From Pirellulales bacterium (GTDB taxonomy: Bacteria; Planctomycetota; Planctomycetia; Pirellulales; JAICIG01): a stretch of 64,000 bases of DNA. Below the pieces are notes generated by a model. That model was not told the origin of the DNA. It made no database searches and saw only the letters and a list, made by a program, of their open reading frames with translations. This document shows positions 38,653-48,934 of the stretch, piece by piece (positions within the stretch are counted from its first letter, which is position 1; every line of letters starts with the position of its first letter). Location: contig JBBDYJ010000011.1 in assembly GCA_040901675.1 (NCBI GenBank), positions 64,001 through 128,000 of the forward strand, read 5' to 3'. Both the position numbers and the translations under genes were made by a program.

Positions 38653-39004
38653 GGACGTTCACCACTTGAATCCAAGACTCGTCTGGGACGATCGGCAGTC
38701 GATAGTTTAGCCGCGTTTCGATGTAGACCAGTTTCCCCTCGATCGGAATCAGCAGGTCGTGATGGAACTTATATTGACTGGACCACTCTGGCCGCGTTTC
38801 GCACACTTCATCGATCTCGCCCCCAGCCGCGACGAACTCATGCATCAAGCGCCCAATCTCCTTCGTTGGCACATTGTCCAACTCTCGTCGAATCCATCCG
38901 TACGCGGACGCCGTCAGTTCGAACTGGATGTAGCCCGCGAAATTCCAATTCCCGAGGGCATCGCTGTACGCACGAAGCCGATCCGGATCGGTCAGCGGCG
39001 CCAA
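38642..39004 (-). CDS. Putative type II toxin (possibly remote MqsR/RelE-like)
   Basis: 120-aa ORF overlapping the antitoxin start by 11 nt in toxin-first order; beta-rich C-terminus LVYIET...IQVVNVH. Confidence 0.6.
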   Translation of the reverse strand: MAPLTDPDRLRAYSDALGNWNFAGYIQFELTASAYGWIRRELDNVPTKEIGRLMHEFVAAGGEIDEVCETRPEWSSQYKFHHDLLIPIEGKLVYIETRLNYRLPIVPDESWIQVVNVHGQ

Positions 39005-39053
39005 CAGTCGTCTCCTTGCCGCGGCCTATGGACCCGGTCGTGTCCCGCCTGGA

Positions 39054-39083
39054 ATTCTAGCTGCTCGATTGACGTATGTCAAT
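39054..39083 (-). promoter_or_regulatory. Sigma70 promoter of the TA operon with overlapping palindromic operator
   Basis: Minus strand TTGACA(39082-39077)-N17-TAGAAT(39059-39054); palindrome ATTGAC-GTAT-GTCAAT at 39068-39083. Confidence 0.8.
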
Positions 39084-39244
39084 TTCTAAGCGGCCAGTGG
39101 AACGGCCGTCAATTGGTTTCCCGGCCCCTCCATCTACCGTCACCTTGCGAGGGCGGCCGGCATTATTGACCGCAACCATCGCGCGGGCAAGACTCTCCAA
39201 TTGACCGCCCCCAACCATCGTCGCCTTGACAGGAGCAAACCCGT

Positions 39245-40168
39245 TTGAAACCGAGCCTGTTCTCCGTGAGCTACGCGGGACTGTGGGGCCAGGCCGCCCT
39301 GGATCTGCCCCGATTCATCGCGCACGCCGCCCAGTTGGGCTATCCGTCGGTGATGCTGATGGGCAGGCGGCCGCATCTGTCTCCTCTGGACGCCTCACCG
39401 CAGTTGCTGGCTTCAATCCGAGAGGCACTTGATACGCACCACGTGCAGTGCGACGTGATCGCCGCCTACACCGACTTCAGGCCGGGCACGGCTGCCGAAG
39501 TGCCCACCATCGAGCTCCAGATCGCCTACGTCGAGTCGCTGGCCCGGATCGCGGCCGAGCTGGGCGCGTCGGTCGTCCGTGTGTTTACCGCCTACGAGAG
39601 CGACGGACACGACTTCCACGCGGCATGGCGGCGTGTCGTCGAGGCCATCCAGGAAACGTGCGACCGGGCCGGCCAATATGGCGTGACCGTGGCCATTCAG
39701 AACCATCACGACCTCGCCTTGCACACCGACGCGCTCTTGGAACTTTTGGCCGACATCGATCGGCCCAACTGCCGCCTCGGCTTCGACGCCTGGTCGCCCG
39801 CCCTGCGCGGAGAGAACCTGACCGAAGTCGCCCGCCGAGCCGCGCCGCACGTCGCCATCACGACCAACGCCGACTACATTCGCCTCCCGCGCTATGCATA
39901 CCGCCCCCATTTCGTCAATTACGAGCGCGTCGAGCCCGATTGGGTCCGGGCCGTTGAGTTCGGGACCGGATTCATCGACTACCCCGCTTTTTTCAAAGCT
40001 CTGCGCGAGGGCGGCTTTAACGGCATCGCGGCCTACGAAATGTGCTCACCCGTCCGCGGAGGCGGTTCGCTGGCGAACCTCGACGCCTATGCCGCGGCCT
40101 ATCTCGAATGGATGTCGCGCCACGAGCTTCTGGATGACCGCAAGGCAGGCGCGAGCCGTAATCAATAG
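39245..40168 (+). CDS. Sugar phosphate isomerase/epimerase family protein
   Basis: TTG start after AGGAG; LFSVSYAGLWG, QNHHD, GTGFIDY, YEMCSP. Confidence 0.85.
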   Translation: MKPSLFSVSYAGLWGQAALDLPRFIAHAAQLGYPSVMLMGRRPHLSPLDASPQLLASIREALDTHHVQCDVIAAYTDFRPGTAAEVPTIELQIAYVESLARIAAELGASVVRVFTAYESDGHDFHAAWRRVVEAIQETCDRAGQYGVTVAIQNHHDLALHTDALLELLADIDRPNCRLGFDAWSPALRGENLTEVARRAAPHVAITTNADYIRLPRYAYRPHFVNYERVEPDWVRAVEFGTGFIDYPAFFKALREGGFNGIAAYEMCSPVRGGGSLANLDAYAAAYLEWMSRHELLDDRKAGASRNQ

Positions 40169-40343
40169 CCGGCTGGAAGGTTGGAATGTCGCGGGAGCCC
40201 AAAGCGCCACGGGGCAACGCAACGGAGTCCTTCGCTTGCCGGCTTTGCGTTGCGCTATTCAATAGATATAATCAGGCACTGATGCGATTGGCCCTCCGGT
40301 TGCCGCTGCGCGGCGCCGGCGCCACGAATCGAGAGACGACCAG

Positions 40344-41765
40344 ATGCTTGCCTTCCTGGGAGGTCGCGGCCGACTCTGCGACGGCCTGACGCGGCGAGAG
40401 ACGCTGCGCGTCGGAGGCCTGGGACTGCTGGGCCTCGCCCTGCCCGACCTCGCCCTGCCCGAACTCGCCCGCCAGCGGCAGGCGTCGGCCTCAACGGACG
40501 CGTTCGAACCAGGCTTTGGCAAGGCCCGCTCGTGCATCGTGCTGTTTCTCATGGGTGGGCCGCCGCAGCACTCCACCTGGGATCCCAAGCCGGAGGCGCC
40601 GCCGGAAGTCCGCGGCGAGTTCGGCCCCATCAGCACCGCCGTGCCGGGACTGATGGTCGGCGAGTTGATGCCGCAAACGGCCCGCGTGGCTGACAAGATC
40701 TGCGTGCTGCGGGCCATGGCGAGCGGAGACAATGCGCACTCGTCCAGCGGCTATTTCATGCTCACCGGCCAGCCGCACCAGCCGATGAACTTCGAAAACG
40801 CCAACCCGGGCGCCCCGAACGACTCTCCCAGCCTGGGTGCCCTGGTACGCCGGCTGAGCGGCGAGCGAGCGGGTCTGCCGGCGGCCATCACGGTGCCGCA
40901 CCGGATCTTCAACACCAACGGCAGCGTCTGGCCCGGCCAGGATGCGGGCTTCCTCGGTCGCCAGACCGATCCCTGGCTGCTCAAGTTCGATCCCGCGGCC
41001 GGTTCGCCCCGCGTGGATGAGTACAACCTGCCGGAGGGCATCCCGCCGCTGCGATTTGAGTCGCGGCGATCGCTGCTCGATGAGGTCAATCGCGGCCTGG
41101 AGGCGATCGAGCGCGGAGGCGTGGCCGGCAGTTTCGATCGCTACGCTCAGCAGGCCTTCGACCTGTTGCGGTCATCGCCCGCCCGGCACGCCTTCGATCT
41201 GGAGCGGGAAACAGCCCCCACTCGCGACCGGTACGGCCGCACGCCGTTCGGCAACAGCGTGCTCTTGGCCCGGCGGTTGGTCGAGGCCGGCGTGTCGCTG
41301 GTGCAGGTCAACTGGTATCGCGGCCCGGACGAGCCGGAGGACAACCCTTGTTGGGACAGCCACGCCGACGAGAGCCGGCGGCTCAAGACGGTGCTGATGC
41401 CGCCCATGGACCAGGCCTATTCGGCCTTGTTGGAAGACCTTGACCAGCGCGGCCTGTTGGACGAGACGCTGGTGGTGTGGATGGCCGAGTTCGGCCGCAC
41501 GCCGAAGTTCAATGCCCGCGCCGGCCGCGACCACTGGGGCTTTGTCTACCCGGTGGCGCTTTCCGGCGGCGGAGTCCGCGGCGGCCAGGTCTGGGGCGCC
41601 TCGGACAAGATGGGCGCTTATCCCAAGGACGGCCAGGTGGCACCCCACGATCTGGCGGCCACCATCTTCCATTGCCTCGGTTATTCTCCCCACACCGAGT
41701 TCACCGACCGCCTCGGCCGCCCCCTGCCCATCAGCCGCGGCGAAGTCATTCGCCAGATCTTTTGA
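40344..41765 (+). CDS. DUF1501 domain protein (Tat-like N-terminus)
   Basis: TRRETLRVG, GGPPQHSTWDPKP, LLARRLVEAGV, WDSH, EFGRTP, GRDHW. Confidence 0.92.
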   Translation: MLAFLGGRGRLCDGLTRRETLRVGGLGLLGLALPDLALPELARQRQASASTDAFEPGFGKARSCIVLFLMGGPPQHSTWDPKPEAPPEVRGEFGPISTAVPGLMVGELMPQTARVADKICVLRAMASGDNAHSSSGYFMLTGQPHQPMNFENANPGAPNDSPSLGALVRRLSGERAGLPAAITVPHRIFNTNGSVWPGQDAGFLGRQTDPWLLKFDPAAGSPRVDEYNLPEGIPPLRFESRRSLLDEVNRGLEAIERGGVAGSFDRYAQQAFDLLRSSPARHAFDLERETAPTRDRYGRTPFGNSVLLARRLVEAGVSLVQVNWYRGPDEPEDNPCWDSHADESRRLKTVLMPPMDQAYSALLEDLDQRGLLDETLVVWMAEFGRTPKFNARAGRDHWGFVYPVALSGGGVRGGQVWGASDKMGAYPKDGQVAPHDLAATIFHCLGYSPHTEFTDRLGRPLPISRGEVIRQIF

Positions 41766-41774
41766 AGGACCGTC

Positions 41775-42017
41775 ATGGCGCCGAAGGTAAAAGTGGTCGT
41801 GTCGGTCGACGACGAACACGTCGATAAAATGAGCGAGGTGGTCAAGGCCTGCCGCGCGGCCGGCCTCTCGGTCGAGCGGTCGCTCGAATCGCTGGGCACC
41901 ATCACCGGCTCGATCGAATCGAGCGAGCTCGGCAAGCTCAACCGTGTCGAAGGCATCTCGAACGTCGAGCAATCGGCCGATTATCAACTCCCCCCACCGC
42001 AAGACGACCTGCAGTGA
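41775..42017 (+). CDS. Small stand-alone subtilisin-propeptide/I9-like protein
   Basis: 80 aa: VVVSVDDEH...AAGLSVERSLESLGTITG...VEGISNVE...YQLPPP; beta-alpha-beta-beta-alpha-beta pattern. Confidence 0.65.
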   Translation: MAPKVKVVVSVDDEHVDKMSEVVKACRAAGLSVERSLESLGTITGSIESSELGKLNRVEGISNVEQSADYQLPPPQDDLQ

Positions 42018-42063
42018 GCTGGGGCGACTGCCTCTCGCTGGCGCGTCAGTTTAGTGTGCGGCG

Positions 42064-42096
42064 GGGTGGCTGGGGCAAAGCGGTAGCGTGCCCCAG
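42064..42096. repeat. REP-like family D (GGGTGGCTGGGGCAAAG...GCGTGCCCCAG)
   Basis: Same hairpin occurs inside the MITE (25152-25185) and at 8705. Confidence 0.75.
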
Positions 42097-42136
42097 TCTT
42101 CCGGCGGCCATCTCGCTGATGCTTCCAGAAGCCGCG

Positions 42137-43474
42137 TTACATCCACTCCCGGATCACGCGCCCCTCGTTCAGCTTGATTGGGCGGCCGTCGGCCGTCATC
42201 GTGATCAGGTCGAGCGGCACGCCCAGCTTGGTATAAACGGTTGCCGCCACGTCTTCGGTAAAGTACTCGTCCGAAATCGCTTTGCCGCCTTCCTCGTCCG
42301 TCTTGCCCAGCACCGCGCCACCCGGCACGCCGGCCCCGGCCATCATCACGAAACCGGCGCTGGCCCAGTGATCGCGCCCGCTGGCCGAGTTGACCTTGGG
42401 CGTGCGGCCGAAGTCGGTCATCCAGACCACCAACGTCGTCGCCAGCAGCCCGCGTGCTTCCAGGTCGATCAACAGCTCCGGGATCGCCTGGTCCAAGGGC
42501 GGTATCTTCCCCTTGATGCCCGGGAACAACCCCGTGTGATGGTCCCAGCCACCGTCCGACACGGTCACGAACCGCACGCCCGCCTCGATCAGCCGCCGGG
42601 CCAGAAGGCAGCTCTGCCCGAAGGTGTGGCGGCCGTACCGATCGCGCAGGCCCGCGTCCTCCGTCTCGATGTCGAAGGCCTGTTTTGTCTCCGGCGCCGT
42701 GATCATGTTCAAGGCGGCCTTGTAGTGCTCGTCGAGCGCGTCGTAGGCCGGCGGCTGCACGTCGGCCTTGCGCTGCAAGGCGTCGATCGCGCTCAGCATG
42801 CCGCGCCGGCGGTCGATGCGCCCGGCGTCGATGCCCGATGGGGGCGTGATGTCGCGGACGCGGAAACCAGCCGCGTTGGGATCGGCGAGCATCTCGAACG
42901 GGTTGTGCTCGGCCGGCAAGTAACCGGCGATGCCGCCGCCGAACGTGTGATCGACCTGGTCGCCCAACTGTACAAACGGAGGCAGGGCCGTCTTGAATCC
43001 CTTTTGATGGCTGACGATCGAGCCGTAGCACGGGTGTACGATGGCGGGGTTGAACTTCTGGCCCGACAAGCAGTATTGGTCCGCCACTCCGTGGCTGCCG
43101 TTGAGCGGGTTCCAGCTCCGCAGGATGGCAAAGCGCTTCAGCTCCTTGGCCATCCGCGGCACCACGTCGGCAAACTTGACCCCCGGCACGGCCGTATCGA
43201 CCACGCCATACTCGCCCCGCACGCTTTGCGGCGCCTCGGGCTTGGGGTCGAACGTGTCGTGATGGCTGGTGCCGCCGCGCGTCCAGATCAAAATGCAGTT
43301 CACGTCCGGCGCGGCACCGGTAGCGTCCGGGCCGGCCTGGTCGGCCTTTGCCCGTCTGAGGGCCAATAGCCCCGGCAGCGATAGCCCCAAGCCCGCCAGC
43401 GTGCCTACTTGCAAGAAGCTGCGGCGGCGAATCCCCTCGCAATCGCGCACGATGCCGGGCACGAGATCGAGCAT
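42137..43474 (-). CDS. DUF1501 domain protein (Tat-like N-terminus)
   Basis: RRRSFLQVG, GGTSHHDTFDPKP, LLARRLIEAGV, GWDHH, DFGRTP, GRDHW. Confidence 0.92.
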   Translation of the reverse strand: MLDLVPGIVRDCEGIRRRSFLQVGTLAGLGLSLPGLLALRRAKADQAGPDATGAAPDVNCILIWTRGGTSHHDTFDPKPEAPQSVRGEYGVVDTAVPGVKFADVVPRMAKELKRFAILRSWNPLNGSHGVADQYCLSGQKFNPAIVHPCYGSIVSHQKGFKTALPPFVQLGDQVDHTFGGGIAGYLPAEHNPFEMLADPNAAGFRVRDITPPSGIDAGRIDRRRGMLSAIDALQRKADVQPPAYDALDEHYKAALNMITAPETKQAFDIETEDAGLRDRYGRHTFGQSCLLARRLIEAGVRFVTVSDGGWDHHTGLFPGIKGKIPPLDQAIPELLIDLEARGLLATTLVVWMTDFGRTPKVNSASGRDHWASAGFVMMAGAGVPGGAVLGKTDEEGGKAISDEYFTEDVAATVYTKLGVPLDLITMTADGRPIKLNEGRVIREWM

Positions 43475-43603
43475 AGTGGTTCCTCCCGTTCTTGGCAGGC
43501 AGCTTCTGTTCGGCAGGTTGAGCAGGCAGGCGACGCTTCGGCAGGCAGCCCCAGTGTACCCAAATCCATCAACGGATCAAGATCCAATGATGCGACCGGC
43601 GCC

Positions 43604-43648
43604 GTAGGATAGGCTTCCAGCCTGTCAGCGTGGGATAGGCTTCCAGCC
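43604..43648. repeat. Tandem REP-like family E (GTRGGATAGGCTTCCAGCCTGTC) x2
   Basis: Copies at 43604-43626 and 43630-43648; hairpin GATAGGCT/AGCCTGTC. Confidence 0.75.
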
Positions 43649-43796
43649 GCCTCCAGCCTTTCAGCTCAGTGGCCATCGGCGACCAGTCGTTTTCCGATTG
43701 GCGTTGACGAGCCAACCGCTTGCCGCTACATGAGTTGCTCGAAAATGGCCGCTCGCTGTAAGGCCGGCCGGACACGTCTTATTATTCTCCCAACCC

Positions 43797-45332
43797 ATGT
43801 CCCGCCTGCCGCTCACCGAACCTCACTCGGCACTGCAGCCCGCGTCGCCTGCTCCGGTTCGCGAAACCATACGGCTGGCCACGCTCGGGCTCGTGGGCTG
43901 GCTGGTCGTTTTGGGACTGGCGCTGCGGAGTTGGCACTACCTGCGGGGACCTTCCATCTGGCAGGACGAAGCGGCCCTGGTCCTCAACGTGCTCGGCAAG
44001 AGTTTTGCCGAGCTGCTCGGGCCGCTGTTTTTCTCGGAGGCCGCGCCACCGCTGTTTCTCTGGGCCGAAAAGCTGGTCCACCTGTCGCTGGGCGACGGCA
44101 TGTACGCCCTGCGGCTGCTCCCCTGGCTGGCCAGTTGCCTGGCCATGGTGCTGATGGTGCCGCTGGCCCGCCGCGTCGTCTCCCCGCGGGCAGTCCCCTG
44201 GGCCTTGCTGCTGTTTGCCGTGTCCGACCGGCTCCTGTGGCACGCCTGCGAAGCAAAACAGTACGCGGTCGACGTGCTGGTGGCCACGCTGCTGCTGGTG
44301 CTCTACCACGGGCTCGAAAGATGGAGTCTCCAGCGCCGCTTGGCATTATTTGCCGCGCTGGCTCCGCTGACGATCTGGCTCTCGTATCCCGCCTGCTTCC
44401 TGTATGGCGGCTTGCTGGTCGCCTGGCTTCCCTCGGTATGGAAGGAAGCCCACGCGCGTGTCTGGATTGCCTATGGCCTGGTCGTTGCGGCCGTGTTTGG
44501 TGCGTTCGGACTGTTGCTCGCCGGCCCGGTCCGCGCTCAACGCAATCACGAGATCGTCGACTGCTGGCAGGAGCTGGGAAAATTCCCCGATTGGCAGCGA
44601 CCGGCCAGCGTGCCCTGGTGGATCGTGCAGTCGACGCTGGAAATGGTCGACTATTGCTGCCGGCCGGTGGGGCATGCGCTGGTACCGCTCGTCGCGTTGG
44701 GCTGCTATTGCCTCTGGCGGCGGGGCCGCGGCCAGTCGCTCACCGGCCTGGTGGTGCCGGTCGCCTTGGCTCTACTGGCGTCGCTGCTGCTGGCGTATCC
44801 GTATGGCGGAGTGCGAGTGCTGGCTTATGCCGCGCCGGCCGTGATCCTGCTGGTGGCCGAGGGCGCGGCTTTTGCCCTGGCTTGGCTCGAGACGCGCCAT
44901 CGCGCGGCCACGTTATTATTGCTGATGCTGCTGGCCGCCCCGGCCGCGCGGAGCGCCTGGCGAGCTGCGTTTCCCTGGAACCGGGCGGACAGCGCCGGCA
45001 CGGCGGCCTACGTACTGGCCCAGCGGCAGCCGGACGACCTGGTGACCGGCAACGACTGGGACTACCAGTATCTGTTCCGCCACTTGGACCTGCGCTATTT
45101 CTCGCCCTTGATCGAAGGACCGGGAGCCCCCCGGGGCCGCACGTGGACCATCATCACGGCGGGGACGGCGGACGAGCGGAAGCGCGTCTTCGGCGCATTT
45201 GCGGCTGGCAACTGGCGCGTCCTCGATCACCAAGAGTTCGTGCGCACGGACGTCTTTCTGCTCGAGCCGGCGGCGGAGCTTTCAACCGGCGGCTCACGAA
45301 CCGCTGGCAGCCCGGCTTCCGGTCGCCGCTGA
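43797..45332 (+). CDS. GT-C fold (family 39/83-like) membrane glycosyltransferase
   Basis: SIWQDEA after the first TM helix, APPLF, EAKQYA, about 11 TM helices. Confidence 0.82.
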   Translation: MSRLPLTEPHSALQPASPAPVRETIRLATLGLVGWLVVLGLALRSWHYLRGPSIWQDEAALVLNVLGKSFAELLGPLFFSEAAPPLFLWAEKLVHLSLGDGMYALRLLPWLASCLAMVLMVPLARRVVSPRAVPWALLLFAVSDRLLWHACEAKQYAVDVLVATLLLVLYHGLERWSLQRRLALFAALAPLTIWLSYPACFLYGGLLVAWLPSVWKEAHARVWIAYGLVVAAVFGAFGLLLAGPVRAQRNHEIVDCWQELGKFPDWQRPASVPWWIVQSTLEMVDYCCRPVGHALVPLVALGCYCLWRRGRGQSLTGLVVPVALALLASLLLAYPYGGVRVLAYAAPAVILLVAEGAAFALAWLETRHRAATLLLLMLLAAPAARSAWRAAFPWNRADSAGTAAYVLAQRQPDDLVTGNDWDYQYLFRHLDLRYFSPLIEGPGAPRGRTWTIITAGTADERKRVFGAFAAGNWRVLDHQEFVRTDVFLLEPAAELSTGGSRTAGSPASGRR

Positions 45333-45401
45333 TTTTTTGTTATTGGCGATCCCGATCACGCCCACCGCCACGCGGGCGCCCGCCTCGCCCGAAGGCTGGC
45401 T

Positions 45402-45692
45402 CTAGAACCCAAAAGTGGCCCAGTCGCGGCTGAGGTAGTCGCTGGCCGACAAGCCGAGCATGATCGCCAGCCAGACGAAGCCGGCACACGCGAACAACTG
45501 GGTCAGCGGCGAAGCGTAGCGGACGTGCATGAAGTAAAGCATGATCAACACGGCCTTGACCGAGGCGATCGCCAGCGCGATCGGAAAGCCCCAGCGGCCC
45601 AGATCCATGTGCGCAACGGCCACCGTCAATGCCAGCAGGACCAGCAAGACCGCGAATACGACGTAATAGACCCGCACGCCGGGATGCGCCAT
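45402..45692 (-). CDS. ctaF: Cytochrome c oxidase subunit IV (caa3-type)
   Basis: YYVVFAVLLVLLALTV...IASVKAVLIMLYFMHV...DYLSR. Confidence 0.88.
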   Translation of the reverse strand: MAHPGVRVYYVVFAVLLVLLALTVAVAHMDLGRWGFPIALAIASVKAVLIMLYFMHVRYASPLTQLFACAGFVWLAIMLGLSASDYLSRDWATFGF

Positions 45693-45694
45693 GA

Positions 45695-46345
45695 CTACCG
45701 CGTTCCGACCAGGTACAGGAAAGGGAACAAGAACACCCAAACGATGTCGACAAAGTGCCAATACAACCCGGTCAGGTGCACCGGGATGTACCGCTCGGCC
45801 AGGAGCCCGTCCCGCCAGGCCAGCACAACCAACGTGCCCAGCACGCCGATGCCGATCACCATGTGCAGCGCGTGTACGCCGGTCATGATGAAGTACAAGG
45901 TAAAAAACATCATTGCCTGCGAGCGCGCCGAGCCTTCGTAGTGAAACGGCAGGCCAAAAAGCGGCACGAGCTGCTCCTCGTACTTGTGGTGGTACTCGTA
46001 GAGCTTGACGCCCAAAAACACGGCCCCCAGCAGCAGCGTGGCCAGCAACAATCCCACCAGCAGCCCGCGCTGACCGGTTTGGGCCGCGTGGACCGCCAGG
46101 GCCATCGTCAGGCTGCTGGTCAACAGCACGAGCGTATTGGCGGCCCCCAGCCAGGAGTCGAGATGGTGGCTGGCGGCGGCGAAGGCTTCGCCGTACTGGC
46201 CGCGGTAAACGGCATAGGCCAGAAACAGGCCTCCAAAGAACAGGACCTCGGTGGCCAGGAAGACCCACATGCCCAGCTCGGCGGCGTCCCGCTGCTGGTC
46301 CAGGTCGTCGAACTGATGGGCCAGCGGATTGGCGAGGTCATTCAC
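45695..46345 (-). CDS. ctaE: Cytochrome c oxidase subunit III
   Basis: [44 protein letters not shown]. Confidence 0.93.
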   Translation of the reverse strand: MNDLANPLAHQFDDLDQQRDAAELGMWVFLATEVLFFGGLFLAYAVYRGQYGEAFAAASHHLDSWLGAANTLVLLTSSLTMALAVHAAQTGQRGLLVGLLLATLLLGAVFLGVKLYEYHHKYEEQLVPLFGLPFHYEGSARSQAMMFFTLYFIMTGVHALHMVIGIGVLGTLVVLAWRDGLLAERYIPVHLTGLYWHFVDIVWVFLFPFLYLVGTR

Positions 46346-47981
46346 GGCCGATCTCCTCAGGCGGGCGGCCCTCGGCGTCTCCCAGCTCGTAGGAATAAGC
46401 TTCCTGGGTAACGACCGGCGTCTGGTCGAAGTTGTACGTCGGTGGAGGCGACGTGGTCTGCCACTCCAGCCCCGTAGCCCCCCAGGGATTCGCCGGAGCG
46501 ATCGGCCCATACCGCAAGGACCAGATCAGGTACGTGAGCGGGAACAAGTATCCGACCGCCAGGATCGAGGCTCCCGCCGACGACATCACGTTGAGCACCT
46601 GGAACTCATCGGGGTACACGTGATAGCGACGGGGCATGCCCAGGTAGCCCAGCACGAACTGGGGAAAGAACGTCAGGTTGAAGCCCACGAAAATCAGGAT
46701 CGCCGAGAAACGCGCCCAGCCTTCCGGATACAAGCGGCCGGTTATCTTGGGCCACCAGAAGTGGATGCCGCCCAGGTAAGCCATCACCATCCCGCCGACC
46801 ATGATGTAATGGAAGTGCGCGACCACGAAGTACGTGTCGTGCACGTGAACGTCGACGGCCAAGGCGGCCAGAAACATTCCGGTCATGCCCCCCACGGTGA
46901 ACAGCCCGATGAATCCCAGGGCATAGAGCATCGGGGTGTAGAACGAGACCGAACCCTTGTAGAGCGTGGCCGTCCAATTGAACACCTTGACCGCCGAGGG
47001 AATGGCCACGAGATAGCTGAGGATCGAGAAGACCATCCCCGCGTACACCGACTGCCCGGACACGAACATGTGGTGTCCCCAGACCAGGAAGCCGAACACG
47101 GCGATGGCAAAGCTCGAGAACCCGATGAAGGCGTAGCCGAAGGGGCGCTGCCGCGTGAAACAGGCCACCAGCTCGCTGACCACCCCCATCCCCGGCAGGA
47201 TCATGATGTACACAGCCGGGTGCGAGTAGAACCAGAACAGGTGCTGGAACAAGAGCGGGTCGCCCCCCAGCTTCGGGTCGAAGACGCCGACCCCGGCCAG
47301 GCGCTCGACGGCGACCAGGAACAGCGTGATGGCCAGCACCGGCGTGGCCAGCACCATGATCAGGCTGGTGGCGTAGATCGACCAGATGAACAGCGGCAGG
47401 CGGAACCAGGTCAGCCCGGGGGCGCGCATCTTGTGCGTGGTGACGATGATATTCAGACCCGTCAGGATCGAGGAGAACCCGGTGATGAAAATGCCCACCG
47501 CCGTGGCCATCACGTGCGTGTTGGAGTAGGTGCTGCTGTAAGGGGTGTAGAACGTCCAGCCGGTATCCACGCCGCCGGCCACCGTGGCCCACACCGTGAA
47601 CGTCCCGCCGATGATGAACAGGTACCAACTGGCCAGGTTCAGCTTGGGAAACGCCAGGTCGCGTGCGCCGATCATCAGTGGCACCAGAAAATTGCCCAGC
47701 ACGGCCGGGATCGACGGGATCAGGAAAAAAAACACCATCGTCACGCCGTGGATCGTGAACAGCTTGTTGTACGTCTCCGCCTTGAGTAGGTCCCCTTCCG
47801 GCGTCATCAACTCCAGCCGCACCAGCGTGGCCGCCACTCCACCGATCACGAAAAAGAACGTGATCGACAACAGGTACAGAATGCCGATCCGCTTGTGATC
47901 GGTGGTCAACAGCCACGACGTGGCCGTGTAGGCCACGTTGAGATAATGCCGCGGCGGAGGCGCAACCGTAACGGAGGTCAT
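46338..47981 (-). CDS. ctaD: Cytochrome c oxidase subunit I, A2 subtype
   Basis: [23 protein letters not shown] (YS motif of type A2), WGHH, AHFHY, GMPRR. Confidence 0.97.
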   Translation of the reverse strand: MTSVTVAPPPRHYLNVAYTATSWLLTTDHKRIGILYLLSITFFFVIGGVAATLVRLELMTPEGDLLKAETYNKLFTIHGVTMVFFFLIPSIPAVLGNFLVPLMIGARDLAFPKLNLASWYLFIIGGTFTVWATVAGGVDTGWTFYTPYSSTYSNTHVMATAVGIFITGFSSILTGLNIIVTTHKMRAPGLTWFRLPLFIWSIYATSLIMVLATPVLAITLFLVAVERLAGVGVFDPKLGGDPLLFQHLFWFYSHPAVYIMILPGMGVVSELVACFTRQRPFGYAFIGFSSFAIAVFGFLVWGHHMFVSGQSVYAGMVFSILSYLVAIPSAVKVFNWTATLYKGSVSFYTPMLYALGFIGLFTVGGMTGMFLAALAVDVHVHDTYFVVAHFHYIMVGGMVMAYLGGIHFWWPKITGRLYPEGWARFSAILIFVGFNLTFFPQFVLGYLGMPRRYHVYPDEFQVLNVMSSAGASILAVGYLFPLTYLIWSLRYGPIAPANPWGATGLEWQTTSPPPTYNFDQTPVVTQEAYSYELGDAEGRPPEEIGRE

Positions 47982-48934
47982 GGCGTGGTCGTGCCTCCTT
48001 GGCTGGATAAACTCTTGAGATAGGCGATCAGGTGCATCAGCCCCTCCTCGCCGACCTGGGCTTCGAACGTCGGCATGATCGGCTCGAACCCGGCCACCAC
48101 CTTGGCCTGGGGGCGCAGGATCGACTCGCGCAGATAATCTTCATCCGCCAGCACCGTGCGGCCGTCGGCCAGCCGCACCTCGGAGCCGAACACGTTTTCC
48201 AGCGGCGGACCGCGGCCGGCCAGGCCGCCCCCTCGATGGCAGGTGTCGCAGCGCAATTGCTCGAACAGTCGGCGGCCCGCCTCGACCGGCGGCAGCCCGG
48301 CCGTGCCGCCGCCCAGCCAGGCCTGGTAGTCGGCGGGTTCGAGCACGACCACCCTGCCCCGCATCCGCGAGTGCTCCGCGCCGCAATACTCCGCGCAGAA
48401 CAGGTGATACTCGCCCGTTTTGGTGGCTTCGAACCAGAGTCCGGTGTAACGGTCGGGCAGCACGTCGTGCTTGACTCGAAACGCGGGCACGTACAGGCTG
48501 TGGATCACGTCTTCGGAGATCATCCGCAAGCGGACCGGCCGGCCCCGCGGCACGTGCAGCTCGTTGATTTCCCGGTTGCCCTCAGGATGCTGGAACTTCC
48601 ACATCCACTGCCGGCCCAGCACGTCGATTTCGATGGCGCCGGCCGGCGGCCTCGACATGCCGAAGTACAGGCTCGCGCCCCAGGCGAACATAATCATGGT
48701 CAGAACCAGGGGGATGACAATCCAGGCGGTCTCGATGGCGTAGGTGTGTGCTTGGCGGCGCCGGCGATCGACCCGCGCGTCGCGGCGGTATTTGACGGCG
48801 AAGTAAACGATCAGCACCGCCACCAAAAGCGTGATCGATCCGCAGACCGCGATCAGGAAAAAATACAGGGCATCGACCCGCGGGGCCACGGTCGAAGCTT
48901 GCTCGGGAAAAAGCCGAAACCCTTCGTCGATCAT
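47978..48934 (-). CDS. ctaC: Cytochrome c oxidase subunit II with fused cytochrome c (caa3)
   Basis: QWMW, DVIHS, CuA motif [13 protein letters not shown]-terminal CDTCH...MP. Confidence 0.95.
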   Translation of the reverse strand: MIDEGFRLFPEQASTVAPRVDALYFFLIAVCGSITLLVAVLIVYFAVKYRRDARVDRRRRQAHTYAIETAWIVIPLVLTMIMFAWGASLYFGMSRPPAGAIEIDVLGRQWMWKFQHPEGNREINELHVPRGRPVRLRMISEDVIHSLYVPAFRVKHDVLPDRYTGLWFEATKTGEYHLFCAEYCGAEHSRMRGRVVVLEPADYQAWLGGGTAGLPPVEAGRRLFEQLRCDTCHRGGGLAGRGPPLENVFGSEVRLADGRTVLADEDYLRESILRPQAKVVAGFEPIMPTFEAQVGEEGLMHLIAYLKSLSSQGGTTTP

